From Raja brachyura (Eukaryota), in contig OY740788.1 of assembly GCA_963514005.1 (NCBI GenBank), positions 88,598,001 through 88,662,000 on the forward strand: 64,000 nt of DNA. The letters are read 5' to 3'. Under the pieces are notes generated by a model. The model saw only the letters and a list, made by a program, of their open reading frames with translations. It ran no database searches and was not told where the DNA came from. The stretch's first letter is position 1, and each line of letters starts with the position of its first letter. Positions 11,676 to 24,589 of the stretch are shown here, piece after piece. A program made the translations under genes and the position numbers.

Positions 11676-13510
11676 ATATAACCATATAACAATTACAGCA
11701 CGTAAACAGGCCTTCTCTGCCCTTCCAGTCCGTGCCGACCATTTATTTCCCCCTAGTCCCATCTACCTGCACTCAGACCATACCCCTCCATTCCCTTCCC
11801 GTCCATATACCTATCCACTTTACTTTTAAATGTTAAAATCGATCCTGCCTCCACCACTTCTGCTGGAAGATCATTCCACACAGCCACCACTCTCGTAGTA
11901 AAGAAGTTCCCCCTCATGTTACCCCTAAACCTCTGTCCCTTAATTCTCATGTCATGCCCTCTTGTTTGAATCTTCCCTACCCTCAATGGGAAAAGCTTAT
12001 CCATGTCAACTCTGTCTATCCCTTTCATCATTTTAAAGACCTCAATCAAGTCCCCCCTTAACCTTCTGTGCACCAAAGAATAAAGACCTAACTTGTTCAA
12101 CCTTTCTCTGTAACTTAGTTGCTGGAACCCAGGCAACATTCTAGTAAATCTCCTCTGTACTCTCTCTATTTTGATAACATCCTTACTATAATTAGGCAAC
12201 CAAAATTGTACACCATACTCCAGAATTGGTCTTACCAATGCCTTGTACAATTTTAACATTACTTCCCTACTCCTATATTCAATGCTCTGATTTATAAAGG
12301 CCAGCACACCAAAAGCTTTCTTTACCACCCTATCTACATGTGATTCCACCTTCAGGGAACTTTGCACAGTTATTCCTAGATCCCTCTGTTCCACAGCATT
12401 CCTCAATTCGCTACCATTTACCATGTACGTCCTATTTTGATTTGTCCTGCCAAGATGTAGCACTTCACACTTATCAGCATTAAACTCCATCTGCCATCTT
12501 TCAGCCTACTCTTCCAAATGGCCCAAATCTCTCTGTAGACTTTGAAAATCTACTTCATTATCTACAGCACCACCTATCTTAGTATCATCTGCATACTTAC
12601 TTATCCAATTTTCCACCCCATCATCTAGATCATTGATGTACATGACAAACAACAGTGGACCCAACACAGATCCCTGAGGCACCCCACTGGTCACCGGCTT
12701 CCAACCTGACAAACAGCCATCCACCATTACTCTCTGGCATCTCCCATTCAGCCACTGTTGAATCCATCTTGCTACTCCGTCATTAACACCCAAAGATTGA
12801 ACCTTCTTAACCAACCTTCCATGGGGAACCTTGTCAAAGGCCTTACTGAAATCCATATAGACAATATCCACCGCTTTACCCTCATCAATTTCCCTAGTAA
12901 CCTCTTCAAAAAATTCAAGAAGGTTTGTCAAACATGACCTTCGAGGCACAAATCCATGTTGACTGTTCTTGATCAGACCCTGTTTATCCAGATGCTTATA
13001 TATATTATCTCTAAGTATCCTTTCCATTAATTTGCCCACCACTGACGTCAAACTAACAGGTCTATAATTGCTTGGTTTATTCTTTGAACCCTTTTTAAAC
13101 AATGGAACAACATGCGCAGTACGCCAATCCTCTGGCACTATTCCAGTTTCTAATGACATTTGAAATATTTCTGTCATAGCCCCTGCTATTTCTACACTAA
13201 CTTCCCTCAATGTCCTAGGGAATATCCTGTCAGGACCTGGAGACTTATCCACTTTTATATTTTTCAGAAGTATCAGAACTTCCTCCTCTTTGAATCTCAT
13301 AGTCTCTATAGCTACTCTACTTTCTTCCCTTACCTCACAGAGTTCAATATCCTTCTCCTTGATGAATACTGAAGAAAAGAAATTGTTCAATATCTCCCCC
13401 ATTTCTTTTGGCTGCAGATAGCTGTCCATTCTGGCTCTCTAATGGTCCAATTTTATCCCTCGTTATCCTTTTGCTATTAATATAGCTGTAGAAACCCTTT
13501 GGATTTATCA
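11676..13510 (-). mobile_element. CR1 LINE (second subfamily), ORF2 3' half, nested in older CR1 debris
   Basis: ORFs 12506-13429 and 11753-12490 are in frame and separated by one stop. RT motifs YMDFSKAFDKVPH and YADD; tail CATATAACCATATAAC. Confidence 0.92.
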
Positions 13511-15044
13511 TGCTTATACGTCTCCTTTACACACTTTCTCGCTTAACAATATTCTTACTGTAACAAATTCACAATCTTCACTATCTATGAAATCAGCCAT
13601 TTTAGTGTCACTGCAAACTTACTAATCATGCCTTCTACATTCTCAGTCAAATCACTGATATAAACCGCACAGCAATGGGCACAGCACCGATCCCTGGAAC
13701 ATAGACTTCCAGTCCGATAAACAACCCATCACCATCACCCTCTGCTGCCTTCCATGAAGCCAATTGTTTATCCAGTTGCTTAACCCTCCCTGGATCCCAT
13801 ATAACCTAACTTTCCAGAGCAGTTTACCATGAAGAACCTAATCAAATCCTATGCTGAAGTTCATTTGGACAACGTCTATGTAGAAACCGGGAACTGCAGA
13901 TGCTGGTTTGGGAAGGAAATACACAAAATGCTGAAGTAACAATTATGGCTTAGCCCTCAAAAACCTTTTTGGTTACTTCTTCAAAAATTTCAACTCAACT
14001 CAATTTTTAAATCTTTAACTTCAGGTAACTTCTACAAACACTTCCCACTCCCTCCGCCCTTGCACCAAAAGTCCTTCAACAGTTCACAACCATGTGTCCC
14101 TTTTGGGCTGACACCTGCTTCTATCTCTCGCCTTTATCCAACAACCTGCCTATCAGGGAACCCCCTCGCCTGAGGTCATCTGTTACCGGCTGTGATTTGT
14201 CCAGTCTCCTCTTCTACTATTTTTCTGCCTCCCCCTACAAACAGTCTGAAGAAGGGTCCCGATCTGAAACCTCACCTATCCATTTTCTCCAGAGACACTA
14301 CCTGATCTACTGAGTTACTACAGTATTTTGTGTCTATCTTTGGTATAAACCAGCAACTGCAAAGCCTTTTTATTTCAAACCTTTAAACTCAATTTTCTTT
14401 AATATTATCTGCCAGATGTATCTCCTGTCCCATTATTTCTCTTCTGATTTCCTTCTTAATCCTGCTCATCAGTTCTCAAAACCGCTCGAGGGATGCACAA
14501 TCCTTGCTGCCTATACCTGGCCCTTGCCTCCTCCTTCTTCCTGACAGTCTCAATTTCTCTCCTCATCCAAGCTTCCTTACTCCCACCTGCCTTGCCTTTC
14601 ACTACAACAGGAATAGGCAAACCCTGAACACTTTTCATCACACTTGTAAAAGGCTACTCTCAGCAACTTTAGCAAGTTCCTATCTGATACCAAAGTTCGC
14701 CTTGCCCCGATTCAGAATTGTAATTAGTGGGCCCACCCTGTGGTTATCCATAACTATTTTAAAGCTAATACACCTGTGGTCGCTGGTCCCAAAAGGCTCA
14801 CCAACTTACACTTCAGTCACTTGCTCTTTCCAATTTTCGAAATAAAAGGCGAAAATTAATCAGAGCATTTGGTTTTGTTCCAACATGTGAATCCGAAAAA
14901 TGTACATAAACATCAGGGGTGACTATAAGGATTGACCCTCAGTACATCTGAAACTTGCATCTGTGACCATCGTCGATGCATCCAGAGAGAATGGTGAAAA
15001 CTATTCTGATGATCTGCCTACAGTTTGAGAGTACATTTTCAGTA

Positions 15045-15150
15045 GTTTCCACTGCCCACTTTCCCCATGACTTCCTCTTTACACTCCACGCATTTGTGAT
15101 GAAACAATCTTGTGGGGAAGTAGAAGAGGACACAGTCACTTTTAAAACAG
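15045..15150 (+). promoter_or_regulatory. Candidate proximal promoter of the Ig-superfamily gene
   Basis: ACTTCCTCTTT (reverse complement AAAGAGGAAGT, PU.1 consensus) at 15070-15080, GGGGAAGT at 15114, CCCACTTTCCCC at ~15055, and TATA-like TTTTAAAA at 15140, all 55-150 nt upstream of the ATG. Confidence 0.5.
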
Positions 15151-15203
15151 CAACGGGAACATCGGGTCTGAATCTTTAATCCTTGCAAATCAAGTTTAGC
15201 AAC

Positions 15204-15252
15204 ATGTTTGCACTGACATTCTCCACCTTGACTCTGTCCCTCTGTGCAGTGG
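15204..15252 (+). CDS. Exon 1 (signal peptide) of a non-rearranging VJ-VJ Ig-superfamily gene
   Basis: AAC-ATG TTT GCA CTG ACA TTC TCC ACC TTG ACT CTG TCC CTC TGT GCA GTG G|GTAAGT = MFALTFSTLTLSLCAV(G). It is 49 nt, phase 1, with a consensus donor, as in typical Ig/TCR leader exons. It splices in frame to 49703 giving ...CAVGLTA-NTSLIQSP. Confidence 0.75.
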
Positions 15253-16639
15253 GTAAGTACAGTCCCAGGATGGGTCCCCCAGTCTGGGTTAGTTTCATCT
15301 GCTTTCAAGTTCCATTCACATATTGCAGTGATGTGTATCTAGTATTTTACAGTTGAATATTTCTGTTTAAAATGGAGATGTTTTGTGTTCTTGGTTCAGT
15401 GTGAGAAGGACACTGAAGTGTACTGCTCTGGAGTTGCTACCAAGTATGGATATCAGTTTGTTTCACTGCTTTACTAATCAAGGTTTAGAAGTCATGAGGC
15501 TGTTCTGATTCATCTCTGAGCAAATTATTTATATGAAATATCAGCAGATGGGAAACACGTGTACATTCGCAACCCACATGTAAAATAAATGCATTGAACA
15601 AATGCAAGAAAGAGTGGAGATTAAACAGGCAGATGTAATGGAGGGAAGAAAAGTAATGAGATGTGTGAAGGGGATATAATAACGAGAAGGGTGTTTATTT
15701 TTCATGTGTGGCGGAAGTGGACTGGAGCAATTAAATTCTTACTTACTGGCTTTAGGCACATTAATCTGTACGGAGTTTGTACGTTCTCTGTGTGACCATG
15801 TGGGATTTCTCCGAGTGCTTTGGTTTCTTCCTACACTCCAAAAACACACGTTTGTACATTAATTGGCTTTGGTAAAATAGTAAATTGTCTCCAGTGTGTA
15901 CGGGGTGATCACTGGTTGGCACGGACTCAGTGGGACAAAGGGGTTGATTCTACGCTGTATCTCTATAATAAAGATTCGTCAGAACAGCAACAACAAGTGC
16001 GCCATAACGTATCTAACTCAACTAGATGATGATAAAACATTACCAAAGTATGTAAAGTAACCACAGTCGTGCAAAGTCTGTTCAATGCTGAGATAGGGTT
16101 GTGGTTAGAGTGTACAAATTAATTCAATTACCTGTTGGTTGATTGGATAAAGCTGTTCTTGAACCTGGAGGTAACAGTTCTCGGGCTCCAGCACCTGCTT
16201 CCTGATGATAGCAGTGAGAAGAGAGCGTGGGCTGGATGGTGTGGGTCTTGACAATATTAGCTGTCTTCTTGAGGCAGCGCTTCCTGTAGTTCCCTTCGAT
16301 GGTGTGGAGGTCAGTGTCGATGATGGACTGGACAATGTCCACTGCTTTTTGTTGCCTCCTTCAATCCTGACCATTCTAATTTTTGAACAAGGCCATGATG
16401 CAACTAGCTAGTAACCTGTCCACTGTACACTTGTGGAGGTTTGATAGAGTATTGGGCAATGGGCCAAATCTCCTCAAACTTCTGAGGAAGTAGAAGCATT
16501 GGTGAGCTTGCTTTGAGATTACACCAGTGTGCTGTGCTCACGACAGGCCATCAGAGATGTGAAAGCCCAGGAACATGAAGCCTTTAACGCTTTCACCATT
16601 GCCATTCCACCAACATGGGAAGCAAAGGGTAGGAGTAAA

Positions 16640-17481
16640 CGGATCAGGATCAGAATCAGAATCAGAATGCCTTTTATTGTCACTATACACATGTACAGTG
16701 AGATTAAAAACTGCTCCTACTCAGTGCAAAAACAAGACAAAAAGGGGGGGGGGATAAGGTGCACAGTTTCTGCAGCACTATATACATATCTATAAAAAGA
16801 CAATGGATAATAGAATGGATAATAGGATTCCTATATCCAGTATGGGTTACAGTACAAATTACAAATCACAGTAGGTGGATAGATGAAAGTCCGGGGGTGA
16901 GGTCAGTGCATGTGTGAGTTCAGGGAGATGATGGATTTTGGGAAGAAACTGTTCTTGAGTCTATTTGTCCTTGTGCTGATGCACCTATAGCGCCTCCCTG
17001 ATGGTAGCAGGTTGAACAGGCCAAATGCAGGATGGGAGCTGTCCTTGATAATGTTCTTCGCCCTGCGGAGGCAGCTGGAGGTGTAAATGTCCATCAGAGA
17101 GGGGAGAGGGCAGCCGATGATCTTCTGTGCTGCCCTGACTACCCTCTGAAGCCTCTCCCTGTCTGCCATGGTGCAGCTGCCGTACCATGCTGTAATGCAG
17201 TATGTCAACAGGCTCTCAATGGACGAGCGGTAGAAGGTCAGCAGCAGGTTGGAGTCCAGGTTGTGCTTCCTGAGGACCCTCAGGAAGTGCAGCCGTTGCT
17301 GAGCCTTCTTGATGACCGCTGTGATGTTGTCTGTCCAGGAGATGTCAGCGGAGATGAGGACGCCGAGAAACCGGAAGGTATGGACCCTCTCCACACACTC
17401 GCCGTTGATGTATAAGGGGGCTAAGTCGGTGCTGTGCTTCCTGAAGTCGACAATGAGCTCTTTGGTTTTCTTGGTGTTCAA
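16640..17481 (-). mobile_element. Rex1/Babar-type LINE 3' fragment
   Basis: ORF 16903-17481 has [30 protein letters not shown] and NSFFP; tail (ATTCTG)n. Confidence 0.88.
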
Positions 17482-19625
17482 GTCAAAAAGTCAAACAAAC
17501 TTTATTGTCATTTAGAAATACATTGATATATGCAGTTCCAAACGAAATTACGTTGCATTTGGCTCCCTGTGCAACACAATAAATTAACCGAAGGATAGGT
17601 ATGTATGAAAAGAATAAATAGACAATAGTGGCAGCCCATTTACATGGCATTCAGGAGTCTGATGGCTCGTGGGAAGAAGCTGTTGCGGAACCTTGATGTT
17701 CTGCTCCTTATGCTGCGGTATCTTTTTCCCGAGGGCAGCAGAGTGAACAGTCCGTGATGGAGATGTGTGGGGTCCTTTATGATACTGCTGGCCTTAGACA
17801 CACAGCGTTTGGTCGCAATATCCCCGATTGAGGGGAGATAGGTCCCGATGATTTTTTCCGCTGTCCTCACCACTCTCTGCACAGACTTCCAGTCGGAGGC
17901 TCTACAGTCCCCAAACCAGACAGAGATACAGCTGGTCAGAATACTCTCTATGGTGCCCCTGTAGAAAGTAGTGAGGATGGGATGGGGGAGGTGAGCTCTT
18001 CTCATCCGGCGCAGAAAGTGCAACCGCTGCTGCGCTCTCTTAACAGTTGATGAGATGTTAGTCGACCAGGTCAGACTGTTAGTGATCTGCACCCCCAGGA
18101 ACTTTGTGCTACTGACCACCTCCACATCGCTGTCGTTGATGTGAAGTGGTGTGGGACTGTGCCGGGTTTTCCTGAAGTCCCCGATTTATTATCTGAATGG
18201 TGGCAGATTAGGTAAGGGGGAGGTGCAACGAGACCTGGGTGTCATGGTACACCAGTCATTGAAAGTAGGCATGCAGGTGCAGCAGGCAGTGAAGAAAGCA
18301 AATGGTATGTTAGCATTCATAGCGAAAGGATTTGAGTATAGGAGCAGGGAGGTTCTACTGCAGTTTTACAGGGTTTTGGTGAGGCCACACCTGGAGTACT
18401 GCGTACAGTTTTGGTCTCCAAATCTGAGGAAAGACATCCTTGCCATAGAGGGGGTACAGAGAAGATTCACCAGACTGATTCCTGGGATGTCAGGACTTTC
18501 ATATGAGGAAAGATTGGATAGACTCGGTTTGTACTCGATGGAATTTAGAAGATTGAGGGGGGATCTTATAGAAACCTACAAAATTCTTAAGGGGTTGGAC
18601 AAGCTAGATGCTGGAAGATTGTTCCCGATGTTGGGGGAGTCCAGAACAAGGGGTCACAGTCTAAGGATAAGGGGGAATTCCTTTAGGACCGAAATGAGGA
18701 AAACATTCTTTACACAGAGAGTCGTGAGTCTCTGGAATTCTCTGCCACAGAAGGTAGTTGAGGCCAGTTCATTGGCTATATTTAAGAGGGCGTTAGATGT
18801 GGCACTTGTGGCTAAAGGGATCAGGGGGTATGGAGAGAAGGCAGGTACGGGATACTGAGTTGGATGATCAGCCATGATCACATTGAATGGCGGTGCAGGC
18901 TCGAAGGGCCGAATGGCCTACTCCTGCACCTATTTTCTATGTTTCTATGTTTCTAAGTCGACGATAATCTCCTTTGTTTTCTCGACATTCAGGATCAGGT
19001 TGTTCGTATTGCACCAGTCCACCAGTTTTCACCTCCTCCCTGTAAGCCAGCTCATTGTCGTCCCTGATGAGGCCCACCACTGTTGTGTCATCTGCGTACT
19101 TCATGATGTGGTTTGTACTAAACCTGGCACAACAGTCGTGAGTCATCAGGGTGAACAGCAGTGGACTCAGGACACAGCCCTGAGGGGAGCCGGTGCTTAG
19201 AGAGATGGAGGTGTTATTTCCAACCCTCACAGACTGAGGTCTGTCAGTGAGGAAGTCCAGTAGCCAGTTACACATGGGGGTGCCGAGGCCCAATGGAACC
19301 AGTTTGCTTATCAGGTGCTGGGGGATAATGGTGTTGAATGCTGAACTGAAATCCACGAACAGCATTCGCACATAGGTGTTTTTCTCCTCTAAATGTTCCA
19401 GGCTCAGATGGAGCACGGAGGATATAGCGTCCTCTGTGGAGCGGTTTGGCCTGTAAGCAAACTGGTATGGGTCGAGTGTGGAGGGGAGTCTGGAGGTGAT
19501 GTGGTCCCTGACCAGCCTCTCGAAGCACTTCATCATTATGGGGGTGAGTGCTACAGGGCAGTAGTCATTGAGACATTCACTGAGACGTTCAGAGCCAGGT
19601 TGTTTTCTGAGCACCAGGCTGTCAA
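17482..19625 (-). mobile_element. Rex1/Babar-type LINE (RT) split by a CR1 insertion
   Basis: ORF 18937-19614 ([28 protein letters not shown]) and ORF 17640-18125 are the two halves. Confidence 0.88.
18180..18954 (+). mobile_element. CR1 3' fragment with target duplication
   Basis: ORF 18151-18858 is the CR1 ORF2 C-terminus; tail TTCTATGTTTCTATGTTTCT; AAGTC duplicated at 18175-18179 and 18955-18959. Confidence 0.9.
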
Positions 19626-19634
19626 CTTCAGGAC

Positions 19635-20681
19635 CATTTCAGAATGGCAGGCAGTGACTAGTGGGGTACCGCAAGGCTCAGTGCTGGGACCCCAGCTATT
19701 TACAATATACATTAATGATTTGGATGAGGGAATTTAATGCAACATCTCCAAATTTGCAGATGACACCAAGCTGGGGGGTATAGTTAGGTGTGAGGAGGAT
19801 GCTAGGAGGCTGCAGGGTGATTTGGATAGGCTGAGCGAATGGGCAGATGCATGGCAGATGCAGTACAATGTGGATAAATGTGAGGTTATCCACTTTGGTG
19901 GCTAAAACATGAGGGTAGACTATTATCTGAATGGTAGCAGATTAGGAAAAGGGGAGATGCAACGAGACCTGGGTGTCATGGTACACCAGTCATTGAAAGT
20001 AGGCATGCAGGTGCAGCAGGCAGTGACAAAAGCAAATGGTATGTTAGCATTCATAGTGAAAGGATTTGAGTATAGGAGCAGGGAGGTTCTACTGCAGTTG
20101 TACAGGGTTTTGGTGAGACCACACCTGGAGTATTGCGTACAATACAATAAATCTGAGGAGAGACATTCTTGCCATAGAGGGGGTTCAGAGAAGGTTCACC
20201 AGACTGATTCCTGGGATGTCAGGACTTTCATATGAAGAAAGACTGGATAGATTCAGCTTGTACTCACTGGAATTTAGAAGATTGAGGGGGAATCTTATAG
20301 AAACTTACAAAATTCTTAAGGGGTTAGACAGGCTAGATGCAGGAAGATTGTTCCCGATGTTGGGGGAGTCCAGAACAAGGGGTCACAGTCTAAGGATAAG
20401 GGGGAATTCCTTTAGGACCGAGATGAGGAAAACATTTTTTACATAGAGAGTGGTGAGTCTCTGGAATTCTCTGCCACAGAAGGTCGTTGAGGCCAGTTCA
20501 TTGGCTATATTCAAGAGGGAGTTGGATGTGGCCCTTGTGGTTAAAGGGATCAGGGGGTATGGAGAGAAGGCAAGTACGGGATACTGAGTTGGATGATCAG
20601 CCATGATCATATTGAATGGCGGTGAAGGCTCACCGAATGGCCTACTCCTGCACCTATTTTTCTATGTTTCCATGTTTCTAT
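19635..20681 (+). mobile_element. CR1 3' fragment with stops and frameshifts
   Basis: [14 protein letters not shown] and FADD, through to a TTCTATGT tail. Confidence 0.9.
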
Positions 20682-21355
20682 GGACAGGTGCATAGTCCCT
20701 CGGCTTTCTGTTCATGAAGTCAATAACCTGTTCCTTTTTCTTGTTGATGCTGAGGGCAAAATTCTTGTTCTGGCACCACTCAACTAAATTATCGATCTCC
20801 CCCCAGTATCCTGACTCAGCATTAGCCATTACTCATCCAAGGATGGTGGTATCATTGGAGAATTTGGAGCTGCGTCTGGCTACCCAGTCACGGGTATACA
20901 GAGGGTAGAGCAGGGGGGTGAACACACAGCCTTGAGCTGCCCCTGTGCTGATGGTCACTGAGGCGGAGATATTGTTGCCAATACACACAGACTGAGGTCC
21001 GCCAATGGGGAAGTTGAGAAACCAGTTGAATAGGGTGGTGCAGAGACCCAGATCCCTGAGTTTGGACAGGATGGAACGCTGTGCCTCAGTCAATGAACAA
21101 TAGCCTGACATACATGTTTTCATTTAAAGCAAGTGTGAAGAATATCAAATCTAATGACAAAAGATTTTATAAATCTAATAGGAGAGAGAACAAAAGTGAC
21201 AGATTTGAACACACAGAGTAACGAGTCATAGTCACACAGCACGCAAACAGGGCGTGTAGGAAGGAACTGCAGATGCTGGTTTAAACCGAAGATAGACACA
21301 AAATGCTGGAGTAACTCAATAGGTCAGGCAGCATCTCTGAAGAAAAGGAATAGGT

Positions 21356-21383
21356 GACGTTTCGGGTCGAGACCCTTCTTCAG
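21356..21383 (-). ncRNA. Minimal hammerhead-ribozyme-like motif in a Penelope-type repeat
   Basis: Minus strand CUGAAGA-A-GGGUC-UC-GACCC-GAAAC-GUC: CUGANGA box, 5-bp stem II, GAAA box, palindromic ACGU and GUC triplet. Confidence 0.6.
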
Positions 21384-22685
21384 ATTGAGAGTGAGGGGAA
21401 TGGGAAACGAGGAATATAGATGGTGTTATGGAGAGATGTAGAACTAGGATCAGTCTAACCCATCTGTGCTGACCAAGATGCCCTATCTAAGCTAGTCACA
21501 TTTGTCCATGTTTGCTCACATCCCTCAAACCCTTTCCTATATGTGTTTGTCCAAATGCCTTCTAAATGTTGAATTGTACACGACTCAACCACTTCCTCTG
21601 TCAGCATGTTCCATGTACAAAACACCACCCACAGGCCCTCTAGTTCCTATTAAATTATTCCTCTCTCACTTTAAACTTATGCGCTCTTGTTTTTGATTAC
21701 CCTCCCCTGGGAAAAAGACCGTGTGCTTTCATCCTATCTATGTCCCTCATGATTTTGTACACCTCAATAAGACCATCCCTCAGGAATAAGGAAATCCCCA
21801 TATGGAATAAAGTCCTTGATTACCCGACTTCTCCCTATAACAGTCTCTCGAGTCCTGGTGACCTCTTTGTAAATAATTTCTTCACTTTTTCCAGCTTAAC
21901 ATAAGTTATACAAAATAAATTATTTAGAAGAAACATTGGATGACAAACAACTGCTCAAAACCTGATCCTTTCCTGCCCAGGATATGAAAGAAATAAGCAA
22001 GCCAGTTGCAGGCACATTATAATTTTCCAAACTTTTCTACATCCAGTAATTATACTCCTGGGTTGGAAAATTAAAATGGCCCTGTGTAAATGTTGTGTTA
22101 TCCTTGTACTTGTACTGTAGCTCTATAACAATACAGTTACCACACTGTACGTGCGTGTTTGCTTTCAGTAACTGATGTTTAGATGCATCAAAGATCCTTT
22201 CTAATCAGCATTTCCCAATCCATGACAACCAAGAAATTGTAGATTCTGCAAACGTGCAATAAAACCACCAAACGCTGGAAACCCTCAGCAGGTCTGTCTG
22301 CATCTGTGGAAAGAGAGACAGTACACATTTCAAGCTGCGATCTTTGGTCAGAACTGGGAAAGAGAAAATGTAATAATAAGGAACCGCAGATGCAGGTTTA
22401 CACCAAAGATAGACACAAGATGGCGCAGTAACTCGAGTAGACCAGGCAGAATCTCGGGGAAAATTGGAAAGTTGACGTTTCAGGTCAGACCACAAGGGTC
22501 CTGACCCAAGACCACATGAGATGCTCCAGCGATTTGTTCTATCTTAAGAGAAAAAATAAGTTTGTTTTATGTCGTAGAGAATGTGAGGGTGGGATGGACA
22601 GGCCAAAGAGAATATCTCTGATGTGAGAAGACCAAATTGGTTGATGCGACAAGTTGGAAAGAGACGGTGCTTTCTTGTCTATATA

Positions 22686-23582
22686 CAGTGGCTTGCAAAA
22701 GTTTTCAGACCCCTTGAACTTTTCCACATTTTGTCATGTTACAACCAAAAAATAAATGTATTTTATTGGGATTTTATGTGATAGACCAACACAAAGTGGT
22801 GCATAATTGTGAAGTGGAAGGAAAATGATACATGGTTTTCAAATGTTTTTACAAATAAAAAACTGAAAAGTGTGGCGTGCAAAAGTATTCACCCCTGTTT
22901 ACTCTGATACCCCTAAATAGAATCCAGTGCAAACTATTGCCTTCAGAAGTCACCTAATTAGTAAATAGAGTCCACTTGTGTGTAATCTAATCTCAGTATA
23001 AATACAGCTTTCTGTGAAGGCCTCAGAGGTTTGTTAGAGAACATTAGTGAACAAACAGCATCATGAAGCCCAAGGAACACACCAGACAGGTCAGGATAAA
23101 GTTGTGGAGAAGTTTAAAGCAGGGTTAGGTTATAAAAAATATCCCAAGCTTTGAACATCTCACGGAGCACTGTTCAATCCATCATCCGAAAATGGAAAGA
23201 GTATGGCACAACTGCAAACCTACCAAGACAAGGCCGTCCACCTAAACTGACAGGCCGGGCAAGGAGAGCATTGATCAGAGAAGTAGCCAAGCGGCCCATG
23301 GTAACTCTGGAGGAGCTGCAGAGATCCACAGCTCAGGTGGGAGAATCTGTCCACAGGACAACTATTAGTCATGCACTCCACAAATCGGGCCTTTATGGAA
23401 GAGTGGCAAGAAGAAAGCCATTGTTGAAACAAAGCCATAAGAAGTCCCATTTGCAGTTTGCCACAAGCCATGTGGAGGACACAGCAAACATGTGGAGGAA
23501 GGTGCTCTTGTCTGATGAGACAGTGGCAACGTGACAAAATGTGGAAAAGTTCAAGGGGTATGAATACTTTTGCAAGCCACAG
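22686..23582 (+). mobile_element. Tc1 transposon, internally deleted copy
   Basis: TA-flanked TIRs CAGTGGCTTGCAAAAG...; encodes the paired-like DNA-binding region to LSDET, then jumps to the outer part of the right TIR. Confidence 0.92.
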
Positions 23583-23789
23583 TATGTGTTGCTGATAGCT
23601 GGGCAGGATGTGCTAATGGAGAGAGAAAACTAAGACAATTGGATGACTCAGAAATGGAGGGCACTTGCAGAACTTGCTGCTTCTCAGCTTCAACCCTGTA
23701 TGATTCTACACCTTGCTTTTCTAAGCAAATGTCCTTCATCATAATTGCTCTGTGGGAAAGCTCATTAATAATATGGGGCTGACAGGGAT

Positions 23790-24445
23790 GGGAGATGAGG
23801 ACAAGAGGAACCCTATCCTTGTTCTGGAAGATGGAGGAGGAAAGAGAGCAGACATGTGAGACTTGTCAGCAGTCACAGTTTTTTTCACAAGCTTAGAGGA
23901 AAGAGATAGAGAGCTCGGTAATATGGTGTGAGGTCCGCAACTTCTCCTTCATGGTCTGTAATGGTGATGAAACTCTTCTCGATATTGCCTTCATTTAATT
24001 TACTGGAATGATTTCATCAGGTTCCAAATATGTGAGCACATAAAATATGAGGTCACTTTGAAAGATAAGAGACAGAGAGGTTGCATAATTGGCAGGGTGT
24101 GTCAAATGGCAACCCTTGGTAATCTTTAGGGACCTGCACTTTTAAACAGATGGGGGAATCCAGAGTTAAATATAATACCAGAATCAGCTGCTGCAGATCT
24201 GAATGAATAGCCCAATATTCTGAAAACATTTATCGGTGAGACAGCGACAGAAATGAGAGAAACTGAGTCAATAGATCAGACAGTGACCTGATGAAGTTCA
24301 GCCATGTTCACAGACTCTACTGAGTTAGGCAGTGGTGCAAGTTACCAAGACACAAACAGAGTCATTGAGTGGCCAGACTGTGGACGATGGAATTAATGAG
24401 GGAAAATCTGTCGACATATAATTTAGATCCATCAACATCAATGCG
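23790..24445. repeat. Old ~650-bp sequence present again in inverted orientation at ~40155-40890
   Basis: Colinear reverse-complement blocks, e.g. CATTGAGTGGCCAGACTGTGGA vs TCCATAGTCTGGCCACTCAATG, and CACATAAAATATGAGGTCACTTTG vs CAAAGTTACCTCATATTTTGTGTG. Confidence 0.75.
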
Positions 24446-24589
24446 TTTTATCAAAAGGCTATTTAGTGACATTGTTAGCTGGTATATACTTATTAATTAT
24501 TTAGGTATCCCTATATCATGCCACTATTGCCTTTACTCACGACCGACCTCAAACAACGGACTTACTTTACTGGATCTTCCAGTGTTTAA

